Of a stretch of 64,000 bases of DNA, positions 26,736-39,897 are shown one piece after another; the stretch's first letter is position 1; each line of letters opens with the position of its first letter. The DNA comes from Novakomyces olei (taxonomy: Eukaryota), in assembly GCA_016906335.1 (NCBI GenBank), contig JADEYG010000007.1, positions 620,001 to 684,000 of the forward strand, written 5' to 3'. Under the pieces are notes generated by a model. The model made no database searches and was not told the origin of the DNA. It saw only the letters and a list, made by a program, of their open reading frames with translations. The position numbers and the translations under genes were made by a program.

Positions 26736-28930
26736 ATGCGGGCGCAATGCGTCGCTACGGCTCTACGGTACCGTCGGCTCAAGCCGCCGTCACAATTGTG
26801 CCCCAATACTCGGCCAATCACCTGCCGTAGCATCAGCTCTAGTCCCTCCAAAATTCTTGACGTTCGGCAGCTCGATCATCTTCAGCAGGGAGCACATGTG
26901 GTTGTGCAGGGCTGGCTGCGCCAGGGAGCCCGTGTCTCCACGCACTTGAAATTTTTCCGCCTACAGTCTATCAATGGCTCTGTCTGTCAATTAGTGGCTC
27001 GTGGTTTTGACGGGAAAAGTGCGTCTGCCAAAGCGTCATTGCAGCAGCTGCCAGACGATGCCACTGGGCACGGTGAGCATCATCTAGAGCAAGTTTCCTC
27101 CAAGGCGAATAGGTACGCGGATTTGGATGAGTGGGATCGGATCCCAGAGCAGTCGGTTGTCAGTGTACAAGGAATTGTAAGGAAACTGCCTTGCCCTCAA
27201 GAAAAACGGTCTTGTGAAGTTGAAGTGTTGCAGATATCTGTACTGAACGAATGCTCTTTGCTGCCTTTTCACCCTTCAGTGTCGCGCTCAGTGGCAGACG
27301 CTACACGCTTTACTAATCGGCACCTTGATCTGCGTAATCCAGAAACGATGGAGCCTTTACTCGTGCGCTCACGCATTATTAAATGCATTCGTGATCAAAT
27401 GAACAGTAATGGGCCTTTGCGCGAGTTTTTTGAGATTGAAACGCCGCTACTGTTTGCCTCAACTGCTGAAGGAGCCCGAGAGTTTATTGTACCCAGCCGT
27501 AAGCACCATGGTGAGTTTTATAGCCTGGTTCAGAGCCCGCAACAGTGGAAACAGATATTAATGGCCTCTGGCTTTGGAGGGTACTATCAAATTGCAAAAT
27601 GCTTTCGTGATGAAGATGGTCGTAAAGACCGGCAGATTGAGTTTAGTCAGTTTGATATGGAAATGTCCTTTATCGATGGTGCAGACGACGTTATGCGTGT
27701 TATTGAGCGGCTTGTTGATCAAGTTTGGAGGACTTTTGTACCGTCATACGACCCGAAGCCTTTTCCTCAGTACACTTACAATCAGGTTATGGCTCTTTAC
27801 GGCTCCGACAAACCTGATCTCCGATATGGTTATGCTATTAGCAGCCTTTTACGCACTGAAAAAGTCCAGTATGGTGCGATTGTTGTTCCACACGGGGGCT
27901 GTCTCCCTTCTTCAATTAAAAAGCAAATAATGACAGACTCTCGTGTGCCTGATCATTATCTAGAGTTTATCAAGGCGGAAAGCAGCGATTTCAGAGACGT
28001 TTTAAAGAAAAGCCGGTTATTTAACGAAGCAATTACTACAGACACAAGCGAGGGACAAGTGAGCGGCATTGCCGTCTCCGAGGGGGATCTAGTTGTTCTG
28101 TCAAAGTTTCCTGCAGTGCTCTATGTAAGATTGAGCTTGGACGTTTTAAATTTGTTTTTACAAGAATTAAAAATTTTATGCCTTTTTTTGGCTCTTCCAT
28201 TTTACCGATGAAACTTTTGATTTTTTTTTCCTACTTTTTTTTTCTTCTAAATGTAAATCTAATTAATTCGTATTATTATTATTATTATCTTTTACCTGTT
28301 TCTCATTCACGCTAACGTTTACAGGGTGGCTCTACTGCTTTAGGTCGTGCCCGACCATTGCTCTATCAAGCAATGGTACAGCGTGGATTAGAGGCGGCAT
28401 TATCACCCACTGATTTCAGATTTCTATGGGTCCGTAATTTTCCGCTCTTCACTCCAAGCGCTCTAGACGATGGCCCAGGGCAACGGGGCTCTGCAGGTAT
28501 ACAATCAACACATCATCCCTTCACAGCACCCAGTCAAGATACTGCCAATTTGCTGGAAAGCGACCCTCTCAAAGTTCAAGGAGAGCATTACGATTTGGTA
28601 GTTAATGGCGTGGAACTCGGAGGAGGTTCTGTGCGTATTCATTCAGCAGAGATGCAACGAAAGGTGCTGAAAGATATCTTAAAAATTCCACAAGATCGGC
28701 TGAGCTCGTTTGATCCTCTGCTTAAAGTCCTTGCTAGTGGATGCCCGCCTCACGGAGGAATGGCTCTAGGCCTTGATAGACTTATTACTCTCTTGTGCGG
28801 CCGGGAAACTATTCGTGACGTGATTGCGTTTCCAAAGACTGCAAGTGGACGTGATCTTTTGGTCAACACGCCGAGCCCTATACCTGTCCAAGATCTGGAT
28901 GACTATGGGCTTCGTTTGAAGGAGGAGTGA
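26736..28930 (+). CDS. MSD1: Mitochondrial aspartyl-tRNA synthetase
   Basis: EIETPLLF, EGAREF, QSPQQWKQ, CFRDED, HHPFTAP and PPHGGMALGLDR; intron ~28125-28324; basic presequence. Confidence 0.95.
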
Positions 28931-29190
28931 GGAGCAGAGAAAGAAGGAAATAGAATAAAAAGAAGCATAACTCAAAGATACCCTTTTTAATGATAAAATG
29001 TATCAAAGCAGAGCAAAGGTATTTTTGGTAAATTGTTGTAAAGTGCTAGAGAAACTAGGCTGCAAATTGATGTAGAAATAAGGCCATGTTGAAAAATACA
29101 AGCCGCCATTGGCATTCATGGACAAAGCACTATCGCCACATATTTCCATCAACGCTCCATTAGCGCATTCATTCATTATAATATCTCTGT

Positions 29191-30835
29191 TTAATCAGTA
29201 TCAGACGCAGAATCTTCTACAGCTGGTAGAAATTCAGCATCAGGCCCGCAGAGACGATGAAAAGCCTCCTCGGCCACTCGCACGTACGTATCATAGTCTT
29301 GCTGGAAAGAAGGACCCGGCGCAACCTCGACGTGGACCGCCTCAGCTGCTGTTTCCTTATACAATGCTCCTACAGGCGCCAGCAACTGTTCATAGTCCAT
29401 TGCCCAAAGCAAAGGGCTCTCCTTTACAAGCGCTTGAATATATTTTTGTGCTGCATCGAGCGCCTCGTAAGCAATGCCGCTCCGGTCAGGCGCATTTAGC
29501 GTTTCAAGGTATAAAATGGAGAAGCCGACGGGGCAAACATCGAGCCCATCTCCGTATATTTTGGCTTGTACAGGTTGCTCATACCCAGCAATGAGGCTGC
29601 CCGGGGCAAAAGACATAAAGGCCAGAGTAGGCTCGAATAAAAGGCCGCCAGTAGCATCATGTTTTTGAACATAGGACTCGTAAAGGCACTTGAAATTTGA
29701 TTGTATTAAAAGGCATCGGCGTTTTAAGCAAGTTGTTGGCTGTGTCGAATTGATAGGAGTTGTTATTAAAGCCCGCTTGGCTCGAACAGTCTGGTCAGAA
29801 TCAAATAGCCGTGACTTGAGGACAACTTTGAGCCCGGTGCTTTCGCTAGAGGATTCGCTTTCACTCTGTACTTGCGCTTGAGTGTCAAGGACGTACGTGG
29901 CCCCCTTAACAGCGGCCAGCCGACAAAACCCTTGGATCGTTTCCGGTGCAGTATAGTATTGGGCCTCCAAAACAGCAAAATCTCCAAAAATACCAAAGGA
30001 ACGAACGTGCTTCTGCAGCTTTTGAAACCCCTGACTGGCGGGTGTAGAAGGGTCCACATCTTGTGTGAGGCAGTACGCAATTGCCGTCGCTAATTCAGAG
30101 TCTAAGAGATAAGGCGGCTGTGTTAGTGTACTGTAAAAGGTCTTTGTCCCGGCTTCCATTTCAGCCGTGTTTTCATTCCCATTTCTATCGCTTTGCACCC
30201 CGTCTAAAGCAGATTTAAGCAGCCGCATCAGTTTGCGTTTCTGTATGAGCGACAGAGTCTTGTCTGCAAATATATCGGCACGGCTGGCGGGCACATGACG
30301 CAGAACCAGATTCTCGCATTTTTTTGACACGGTGACAAAAGCCCTGGCGGGCTTGAAAGCCAAATACTCTGCCACACGCGTCCTCGCCAATATTTGCGTC
30401 ATTGAATCAGCCGCGTATAGCGGCATTGGGCATGTATCGATGCTGCAGCGCATTCTAGTCGGCGCATGCTTTGTCACACGGAAATTGCGAAAGGCTAAGA
30501 TTAGAATCTGGTAAAAGATAAAGAATTAAAAATAATTGAAAATAGTTAAAAATAATTTAAAATTTTTTAAAATAATTTAAATCAAAACTAGTAAATCGTG
30601 TAAACGAGCGTACGGGTATCATTAGAATTAAGGGGGAAACTGTCCAGTGATCCTGAGAGCCAAGTGCCGCCGTACGAACGTTGTTTGTCTACGTGTAACA
30701 CGGACCATCCGTGGTGAGATAACGCGCTTTTATATAAGCGCTGTATAAAAATACCAATACTTACGCGGACAGCAAAGACTCTATGAGTCCTGTGCCGACA
30801 ATGACCGCGTCATACTGATCTTGCAGTGCCTCCAT
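29191..30835 (-). CDS. MRS6: Rab escort protein (Rab geranylgeranyltransferase component A)
   Basis: N-terminal YDAVIVGTGLIESLL exon, VPASRADIF, LSLIQKRKLMR and QGFCRLAAVKGATYVL; two 5' introns. Confidence 0.85.
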
Positions 30836-31190
30836 TTCATTATTTGCCGTGCAGGCCAATATGTCATGGATAAATAAATGATTAATTATTCCTTACGTCT
30901 GTCTATATTCCTTACGTCTATAAATAACGGTCAGAAATAAATTGAGTTATCCTGCAGCATTTTGAGAATAATTTTTTTAATTAGAACAATTATTTTCATA
31001 TACTATTATTATTTCATAGTATAATCGACGAAGCAGTGTAAATCGTACTATATATGTCCCTCCCTATACTGGATACTGGACACAAAGTCCTGCTAGTATC
31101 AACATCAATATTAACATTAATATTAATATTATAAAATTATATATATTGCTACGTCAAACTGATCGATTACGCGGCCGCCAGAGCGACAGA

Positions 31191-32127
31191 ATGGTACGTG
31201 TCCAATTCAATTGCCACAGCTAACCGCTTATTAAGAGCTCTATTGGTACGGGATACGATCTCGGTCTATCGTATTCGCCGGACGGACGGCTGTTCCAAGT
31301 GGAATATGCATACAAGGCTGTGGAGAATGCTGGGTACAAAAGTCACTTTGTCAAGGCAACGCTAATGCCATACGTAGAACCGCTATCGGACTCAAAGTCA
31401 AAGACGGCGTTGTTTTGGCAACTGAAAAGCTTATAACTTCAAAAATGCTCAAGCCGGGGACGAACAAGCGCATCGCTAGCGTGGATCGTCATATTGGCCT
31501 TGTAAGCTCTACTTTGGTTTGGTCAAACAGGTCAATACTGACAAATTTTAGGCAATGACCGGTATGATGCCTGATGGCCGAAATCTGTTAAAGCGTGCCC
31601 GCGAGGAATCAAGCACCTGGCGCAACAACTACAAGACTCCGATCTCCGGGTCTGTACTGGCAGATCGGCTTGGTGGGTATAAGCAGGCATATACGTCTTA
31701 CTCCTCCGTACGGCCTTTTGGTATTTCTACTATACTTGGAGCCGTTGACGAAGACGGACCCTGTCTGTTCATGATTGAGCCAAGCGGAGCTTACTGGGGG
31801 TACCACGGAGCAGCGACTGGAAAGGGCCGGCAAATTGCACGCAATGAAATGGAGAAGCTGGATCTCGCAAACCTGACAGTTCGTCAAGCTGTAAACGAAG
31901 CAGCACGAATGTAAGAATAAAACAGTGTACCAGTAAAAGATTTATTTATTAATTGTTTCAGAATATTAGCGACTCACGATGAGAGCAAGGACAAGGACTA
32001 TGAGTTGGAAATGACATGGATTTCGCCCACAGAGACAAAGGGTCTGCATGAGGAGGTGCCAGAAGATCTTGTTGCGGAGGCTCAACGGCTGGGAAAGCTT
32101 GCAGGCGACGAGCAGATGGAGGATTAA
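31191..32127 (+). CDS. PRE10: 20S proteasome subunit alpha-7
   Basis: [28 protein letters not shown] and IEPSG; four introns; ATG-only first exon. Confidence 0.95.
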
Positions 32128-32267
32128 TTGTGCCTAGTTGAGAATGTCCGTTAAATACTTCTCTAATTGACTTGTAGCAACTCGTTGTTATTGAACCTTA
32201 TATTCCGATGACAATTTGACAATAATCTTTATGTTTATTTATACATAATACCTGCTTTTTCCTTTTA

Positions 32268-33344
<1,077 letters not shown>

Positions 33345-33689
33345 TCAGATTGACCAGTTGCGATCAGACTGGATTCAAAAGAATTTATTAATTTTATCCT
33401 ATTTTTTTTTTTTTTTTTTTTTTTTATTTTTTTTTTTTCTTTTTTTGTTTTAAATCTTTCTTTTCTCTCACATCTTTTCTAATGGCTTTTTTATCCTAAT
33501 TTATTCTTGATGACAATATATATGTACTGCACAGACTATAATTATATTAAACCTGTCAAATCTATATATAGTACGGATGACTCGTAGGCCTATTTGAATA
33601 ATCAGTGATCGCCATGTATGAAGCGATTCAGATAGGCAATTATCTTGTCGCGTCGGCTCGATCATCTGAATGAAACCTATTTGCAAATA

Positions 33690-33765
33690 TAATCTGCAAT
33701 TATAATCTGCAATTATAATTTGCAATTATAATTTGCAATTTAATCTGCAATTTAATCTGCAATAC
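33690..33765. repeat. ~11-13-bp tandem repeat (aatctgcaattat)
   Basis: About 6 imperfect copies. Confidence 0.8.
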
Positions 33766-34127
33766 AATCTATCCCTTGGAGCCGTACATCTACTGAAGCA
33801 CAAGAATTATGTGAAATCTATGTATCCTACTGCATTTTGTGTTGCGCAAGTAGACGAGTGTAATCGGGTGGGCTCCGCCGTTTGATAAGAATATCGCTGT
33901 ATCGCTTACGATGGAACACTCGTGGACGGGTCCTATACGAGACCAGAATAATCTTGGCAATACATTCTCCAATCACTACGGTTATAATACTCTCAGAGTC
34001 TGGAGCAGTGTGAGCCTGTCTGACGAGGCAGAACGCTCATTTGATAGACCGAGACAATATTTAAAAGACAAAAAATTATCTTTTCTTTGATGTAAATTGT
34101 GACCTACAGGGTACCCGTGCAGCAATT

Positions 34128-34238
34128 TTTATTACCAAACTTATTACCAAACTTATTACCAAACTTAATACCAAACTTATTACCAAACTTAATACCAAAC
34201 TTATTACTAAACTTATTATCAAACTATTATTACCAAAC
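34128..34238. repeat. 12-bp tandem repeat (ttattaccaaac)
   Basis: About 8-9 near-perfect copies in the LYS12/HEM1 divergent spacer. Confidence 0.88.
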
Positions 34239-34777
34239 GTTTCATTACATATACAATACACGACTGCATCCCATATACGGACCAATCACAAGCAAGCAAA
34301 TTCCGATTTGTACCGGCGCCGGTGTAAAATGTGCGTGTACGGAATAAGCGCCGCGCCAACCAGGATCGAGTAAATGTATTATTATAGATGTATATTATAA
34401 ATGTATTATAAAATATATTATTCAAAGGTTTGCTCTCACACACACACACACGGACGGACGTCTTTACAGGTAAAGAGCCTTCAAAAGCCTTCAAAAGCCA
34501 TTAAAAGCCTTTGAAAGTCTTTAAACGCTTTATTAACGCTTGTGCTACTGTCTCTAACACTAACCACAGTGCTTTACTGCCTGTTTTTCGTACAGCCGTA
34601 TACACTGATCCATTATTGTACAATACTGTACCATACTGTAACAACAGCAGTCTCTACGGATACTCGGATCAGACTGGATCAGACTCGGGTTACGTGTGTT
34701 TGTCTGTCTGTTTAATAGAGCAGTTTAATACGTCTGTTTAGAGCATTGCCCTAAACAATCTCCCCTCGCTTATTGAG

Positions 34778-36559
34778 ATGGAGACGGTTGTACGCGAGGC
34801 TCTTCGGCACTGTCCGTATGTAAGCAATACAACTCCTGCGGCTCTGCGAGCTTTACACGGCGGCAGCAGTTCTCTGCTGGCAAAAGCGCGTGGCTGCCCC
34901 GTAATGGCACGAGCTCTTTCGTCCTCTGCCAGTGTGCGGTTCCAGGCGGGTCCGCGTTCCCCGGCGGCGGCTAACCAGTCGCTGGAGGATATCCACCGGG
35001 AAGCGGGAGTGCAGGATCTGACGCGTGGCGTCTGCCCGCACGTGACCAAAGCGGAAGTGGCGGCGCGTAAAGCGAGCGGGCAGACGCTGCAGCCGCAAAG
35101 GCGCTCTGGCGCATTTGACTATGACGCCTTTTACTCTGGCGAATTGGCGAAAAAGCATGCAGATGGGTCTTATCGCTACTTTAACAACATTAACCGCCTC
35201 GCACAGCAGTTCCCCTACGCTCACGGCCGCTCGGCTGGTGCACAAGTGCCTGTCGGCGCTGCGCCTCAATCCGCAGCCAATTCGGGCCTTATTAAAGTGT
35301 TTTGCTCCAACGACTATATGGGCATGAGCAAGCACCCTAAAGTAATAAGTGCCATGCACGAGACGCTGGATCTGTATGGCGCTGGTGCAGGTGGGACACG
35401 TAACATTGCCGGCCACAACAGCCAGGCAGAGCTGCTCGAGGCAGCTATTGCCAGGCTGCACGACAAGCCAGCTGCTCTTGTTTTTTCCTCCTGCTTTGTT
35501 GCCAACGATGCTACACTGAGCACACTCGGCCAGAAACTGCCCGGGTGTGTATACCTCTCTGACGAAAAGAACCATGCCAGTATGATCCAGGGCATTCGCC
35601 ACTCGAATGCGCAAAAACTGATCTGGAAGCACAATGATTTACAGGATTTGGAGGCCAAACTGGCCGCTCTGCCCCTCTCTGTGCCCAAGATTATTGCGTT
35701 TGAGAGCGTCTACTCCATGTGCGGCAGCATTGCGCCAATCAAGGAGATTTGCGACTTGGCGGACAAGTATGGAGCGCTCACCTTCCTCGACGAGGTACAT
35801 GCTGTGGGCATGTACGGTGCCACTGGCGCTGGTGTCGCTGAGCAGTACGGCCTCAGCGACCGTATTGACGTCATCTCTGGCACTCTGGCCAAGGGCTACG
35901 GTGTCGTGGGCGGCTACGTGGCCGCTAGTCGTGATTTTGTAGATTTAATCCGCAGCTATGCCCCAGGCTTTATCTTTACCACTACTCTGCCTCCCGCCAC
36001 CTGTGCCGGTGCTCGTGCCAGCATTGAGCACCTCCGCAGCTCTCGTACAGAGCGGCGAATGCAGCGAGTCGCTGTGCATAGGCTCAAGACGCTGATGGCC
36101 AATGCGGGTCTGCCTGTGCTCCGTAACAACTCGCATATAGTCCCGCTTATGGTGGGCCATGCGGACAAGGCGAGAGCCGTTTCTGACGCTCTCCTGCAGG
36201 AGTACAATACCTACGTTCAGGGCATAAACTACCCGACCGTCGGCCGAGGAGAGGAGCGTCTCCGCTTCTCTCCTGGGCCCTACCACACACAGGAAATGTG
36301 CGAGCAGGTTGTGGCTGCTCTCAAGGAGCTGTGGGTCCGGTTTGCTCTGCCCACTGCTCAGGACTGGGCCGGAAGGGGGTACGACGTTGAGGAGCCGAGG
36401 GATATCTACGTGCCTGGGATTGCCAGCGAGGACAAGCCCTGCCTTTTTGTGGGGTGTACCCACGCCTGCGCTGCCGACCAGAGCAGTGCTGGTGCCACCA
36501 GCACTGCCCTGCCCGGCCGGTTTATGGGCGTGCCTCCTACAGGGAGCATGTTTGTGTGA
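34778..36559 (+). CDS. HEM1: 5-aminolevulinate synthase
   Basis: [32 protein letters not shown] and SGTLAK (PLP lysine); intronless. Confidence 0.97.
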   Translation: METVVREALRHCPYVSNTTPAALRALHGGSSSLLAKARGCPVMARALSSSASVRFQAGPRSPAAANQSLEDIHREAGVQDLTRGVCPHVTKAEVAARKASGQTLQPQRRSGAFDYDAFYSGELAKKHADGSYRYFNNINRLAQQFPYAHGRSAGAQVPVGAAPQSAANSGLIKVFCSNDYMGMSKHPKVISAMHETLDLYGAGAGGTRNIAGHNSQAELLEAAIARLHDKPAALVFSSCFVANDATLSTLGQKLPGCVYLSDEKNHASMIQGIRHSNAQKLIWKHNDLQDLEAKLAALPLSVPKIIAFESVYSMCGSIAPIKEICDLADKYGALTFLDEVHAVGMYGATGAGVAEQYGLSDRIDVISGTLAKGYGVVGGYVAASRDFVDLIRSYAPGFIFTTTLPPATCAGARASIEHLRSSRTERRMQRVAVHRLKTLMANAGLPVLRNNSHIVPLMVGHADKARAVSDALLQEYNTYVQGINYPTVGRGEERLRFSPGPYHTQEMCEQVVAALKELWVRFALPTAQDWAGRGYDVEEPRDIYVPGIASEDKPCLFVGCTHACAADQSSAGATSTALPGRFMGVPPTGSMFV

Positions 36560-36755
36560 GCCTAGTACTGCCGTAAAGCTGACCTGATTTATTCAGTTAC
36601 CTGGGTACAGTCTAGTAGTTGCCGTTAATTATTGGCCGGTGATTATTGGCCGTTGATTATTGGATCTGTTGTGTATTTGTGTAGACTGTTCCGTGTAGAC
36701 TATCCCTATTGTAAACGCACGTGCTGCCGTCTGCCGGCTAAACAGACTAGAGGAT

Positions 36756-36920
36756 ACAGTTAGGGTTAACATGCAGTTAATCTTCTAGCCAGGGTTAGGG
36801 TTATATGCAGCTACTTCTCTCGTAGGGTTAGGGTTAACATACAGCTACTCTTCTAGTCAGGGTTAGGGTTAACATACAGCTGCTTCATTCGTAGGGTCAG
36901 GGAACATGCAGCTACTCTTG
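36756..36920. repeat. 33-35-bp minisatellite containing the telomeric GGGTTAGGGTTA core
   Basis: Five units starting near 36756, 36791, 36824, 36859 and 36893. Confidence 0.88.
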
Positions 36921-37667
36921 CGCTCTTGATTTGCGCATGAAAAACCCAGGCGATCCAAGCGCGATTTCGAGGAACGCGTTCATTGTATAGTACGCGTCAT
37001 TGCCAGCGTTATGGGTATAAATAGTGGCCACACCGAGTCCAGCGCAGGCACGAGCCAGTGTCTGCTCAGTGCGAGCCATTTTCAGCTGCGCCGGACTCGA
37101 AGCATCGGCGCGTAACAGCCGTGTGAAGCTGTCGAGTTTCTGAGTATCAAACCACTGATAGTCGTGGGCCGTTTCGAGACCGATTAATCGCATGGCTTCA
37201 ATATCGGCCTTGGGATTGTGGCCAATAAGCCAAATATCCTCCACCGGCCGGCACGTTAACAGCGCCTTTATATCAGCGGCAATAGACCGCTGACTCGCCT
37301 CCTCTGTTATACCAAAACTGAAATGATCACGGTTATCGGGCACGTATCGGCCGTTGCGCAGATGCTTCGTCTCCGAAAAGACAAAGTGCCGTGACCCAAC
37401 GGCAACGTCCTTGTGTGACGTAATCCACGTCCGCTCAGGGTGCAAGCTGAGATCGACAAAGGCCACACCGAGTTCTGTTACGTCATCACTGCTGCTCTCC
37501 CACGCTTCAAAGTCGATGGCTATCAGCAAAACGTTTGTCCGCTCGTTCACAAGAGGCGGCATGAACAGAGACCGCGCCAGTTGAAGCTGTGCATCTATAA
37601 ACACTAGGTCACGCTGCTTTTGTGCGATTTTTTTAAGTCGTTTGGACTTGAAATTCAATTGGCTCAT
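36912..37667 (-). CDS. Gfd2/YDR514C-like DEDDh exonuclease-family protein
   Basis: IAIDFEAWE, VTELGVA, LIGHNPKADI, FDTQ and HNAGNDAYYT; intronless. Confidence 0.82.
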   Translation of the reverse strand: MSQLNFKSKRLKKIAQKQRDLVFIDAQLQLARSLFMPPLVNERTNVLLIAIDFEAWESSSDDVTELGVAFVDLSLHPERTWITSHKDVAVGSRHFVFSETKHLRNGRYVPDNRDHFSFGITEEASQRSIAADIKALLTCRPVEDIWLIGHNPKADIEAMRLIGLETAHDYQWFDTQKLDSFTRLLRADASSPAQLKMARTEQTLARACAGLGVATIYTHNAGNDAYYTMNAFLEIALGSPGFFMRKSRAQE

Positions 37668-37757
37668 TGCGAACTAGTCCGTCCCCCAGGTCATCAAGGG
37701 TAACGCCATTGCATGTGCATTCTGTTTGCCTGCGCTTCAAACGTATAAAGGTTGTCG

Positions 37758-37798
37758 GGTTAGGGTTAGTATTGAATCTAGAATAGGGTTAGGGTTAG
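37758..37798. promoter_or_regulatory. Two GGGTTAGGGTTAG telomere-like boxes upstream of the Gfd2-like gene
   Basis: Motif present twice, about 90-130 bp upstream of the ATG. It resembles AACCCT/telobox sites bound by Teb1/Tay1/Tbf1-type Myb proteins; function is inferred. Confidence 0.55.
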
Positions 37799-38045
37799 TT
37801 AGTCTACATATAATATTTGGAAAAACTAAGGCCTATCGTCTCGCTGCCGATAGTCTACAGTGCACCTGACCTTGACAGCTACTACAAGACAGAAATGAGA
37901 AGTGAGAATTTATTAATGCAAAGTTGCAGTACGAGACGTGCTAAAGGCGCGCACCGCGCTCTTGGCATGTCTATAGCACGCTCGCTCATCAGTCGGTCAA
38001 ACTTGTCAATAGTAATGAAAGAAGATTAAGAAAGGGCGGCCAGCA

Positions 38046-38640
38046 TTATGCTTGATCCTTGATCACTGCCAAAAGTTCATGATCACGGTAGAGCGTAAGC
38101 TCGTCTTCGCCAATTCTGATAGGATTTCCGCCAAATGAAGGCAAAAGTACCTGGGAGTCGATTAGTATGAGCTAAAACTAGGCAACAGCGGCCAGAAAAA
38201 ATAAGGGAAGACAAGGTAAAAATGCAGTCAAAAGCGAATGCACCAACCATCTTGCAAACAAGGAGCCGTCTTTCAAACAGACAAGAAGAAATAGTAGAAT
38301 TAAATTCAATTAAATGCAATTAAAGACAAGAGATCATATATATTATTGGAAGCCAAATCAAGTATAGCATACCTTGTCACCAGCTTTAACACTAGGTGCT
38401 ACCAGTTTTCCATCACGGTCTAGTCCACCCTTGCCGACAGCAACGACTTTGCCCTCGCTCAATTTCTCAACCGATTTTTCGGGTAGAAAAATCCCGCCGG
38501 CCGTTTTCTGTTCGTCCCTGTCAGTACTCTATATCTGATTTTCAAAAAGAAAATCCTACCTGCTCCGCGCGAATCCGCTGCACGAGAACGCGGTCGAGCA
38601 GCGGCACAATCGATTTTGCCGATTTCAGAGTTGTCGCCAT
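38046..38640 (-). CDS. HSP10: Mitochondrial co-chaperonin Hsp10 (3 exons; not in ORF track)
   Basis: Spliced: MATTLKSAKSIVPLLDRVLVQRIRAEQ|KTAGGIFLPEKSVEKLSEGKVVAVGKG...KAGDK|VLLPSFGGNPIRIGEDELTLYRDHELLAVIKDQA*. Confidence 0.96.
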
Positions 38641-38875
38641 CTGTACTGTCTGTGGGCTCTGGATCAGTGTGCTATACACATTTATAAAAAATCCAAAATT
38701 CTTTGGAAATCCAAGCTATTCAAGTAGCACTAGGCGTTAGCTATAGTCACGACTAATAGTCTTGCATATAAGCTTACTTAATTAGAAAAAGTTGGCTAGC
38801 AGATATGTAAAGCAAAACTGGCTGTCGACTTGGTGGCAGCGTACAGCAGCCTTTGCCGGCAGCTCTATCAACAGT

Positions 38876-39330
38876 ATGTCGGGCACTTCTAGTGCAGATT
38901 ATCGGAAACGGCAGTTGCTGGCAATAATTGGCGATGAAGTAAGCAGAGCAGTGCGAGTTTTAAAGCCATTCTGACGGGCCGATAGGACACGGTAACGGGT
39001 ATGCTGCTGGCCGGTGTTGGCCATGTGGGAGACGATAAAGAAAAGAACTTTTTCGTCTGCGATTCTAGTATGTGATACGATTAGTTTATAGGGCTCATAC
39101 GACCAGAAACTACGGACGAGCAAATTGCAAATGAGTTTGACGAGTTTACTCAGCGGGAAGATATTGCGATTCTCCTTATTAATCAGCACATCGCCGAACG
39201 AATTCGGGACCGAGTTGATTCGTTCACCAAGGCTTTTCCTGCTGTGCTAGAAATTCCTAGTAAGGACAATCCTTACGATCCAGAAAAGGACAGCGTGCTC
39301 CGGCGGGTACGCAAACTGTTTGGCGAGTGA
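38876..39330 (+). CDS. VMA7: V-ATPase subunit F
   Basis: [36 protein letters not shown] and [24 protein letters not shown]; two short introns. Confidence 0.95.
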
Positions 39331-39897
39331 TCTACAGTTATGTATATGCCTAATGAACACACTGTACAATAATACAAATGTGCCTCGTATATCGTTGAAT
39401 CTGCTTTAAACAAGGTAAATTACAACACTAATCTCGCGCACCAAATACGTCAAAATGGAGGGGGAAAAGAAAGGCAATGATTATAGTGAAGAAAGAGACA
39501 AACCATGAAAACTGGCAAAGCAAAGAATTCACAATTAAATAAACTATATAAAGCAGCATAATCCCGTCCGTGAATGTGTTTTAAAGCATAAATGTATGTA
39601 TAAAGGAAACTTGTCTTGTGTATATATGCATATAGTCAACCCGTCCAAACCAGCACCGAGTCTGCTCTTTGCCAACGAGCGGGGGAGCTTCCCGCTGGAT
39701 TAGCAAACCCATTGAATAAACAAAATATCGATATTCAATAGACGATCCCAATCAGCAATACGTAAACCACCGATAAATCGAATGGAACCCGGTTTATTAG
39801 GTAATACATTATTAGTCTGTCAACTAACAAGGTTTAATGAACAAGTAGTCAATGGACAAACTGGAGCAAAAAGAGACAGACGCAAACCTGTATTAAT

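Noticed and set aside
33850..33970. Possible H/ACA snoRNA (ACGAGTGT/ACACTCGT stem, AGAATA, ACA)
   Set aside because: The spacing does not fit a hairpin-H-hairpin-ACA architecture, so the evidence is too weak.
34853..36463. Long antisense ORFs opposite HEM1, and likewise opposite TKL1, DIS3L2 and at 63078-63791
   Set aside because: They are shadows of codon-biased genes and carry no recognisable motifs.
36756..36920. CRISPR-like repeat-spacer appearance
   Set aside because: The intervening sequences are homologous to each other, the context is eukaryotic and no cas genes are present.
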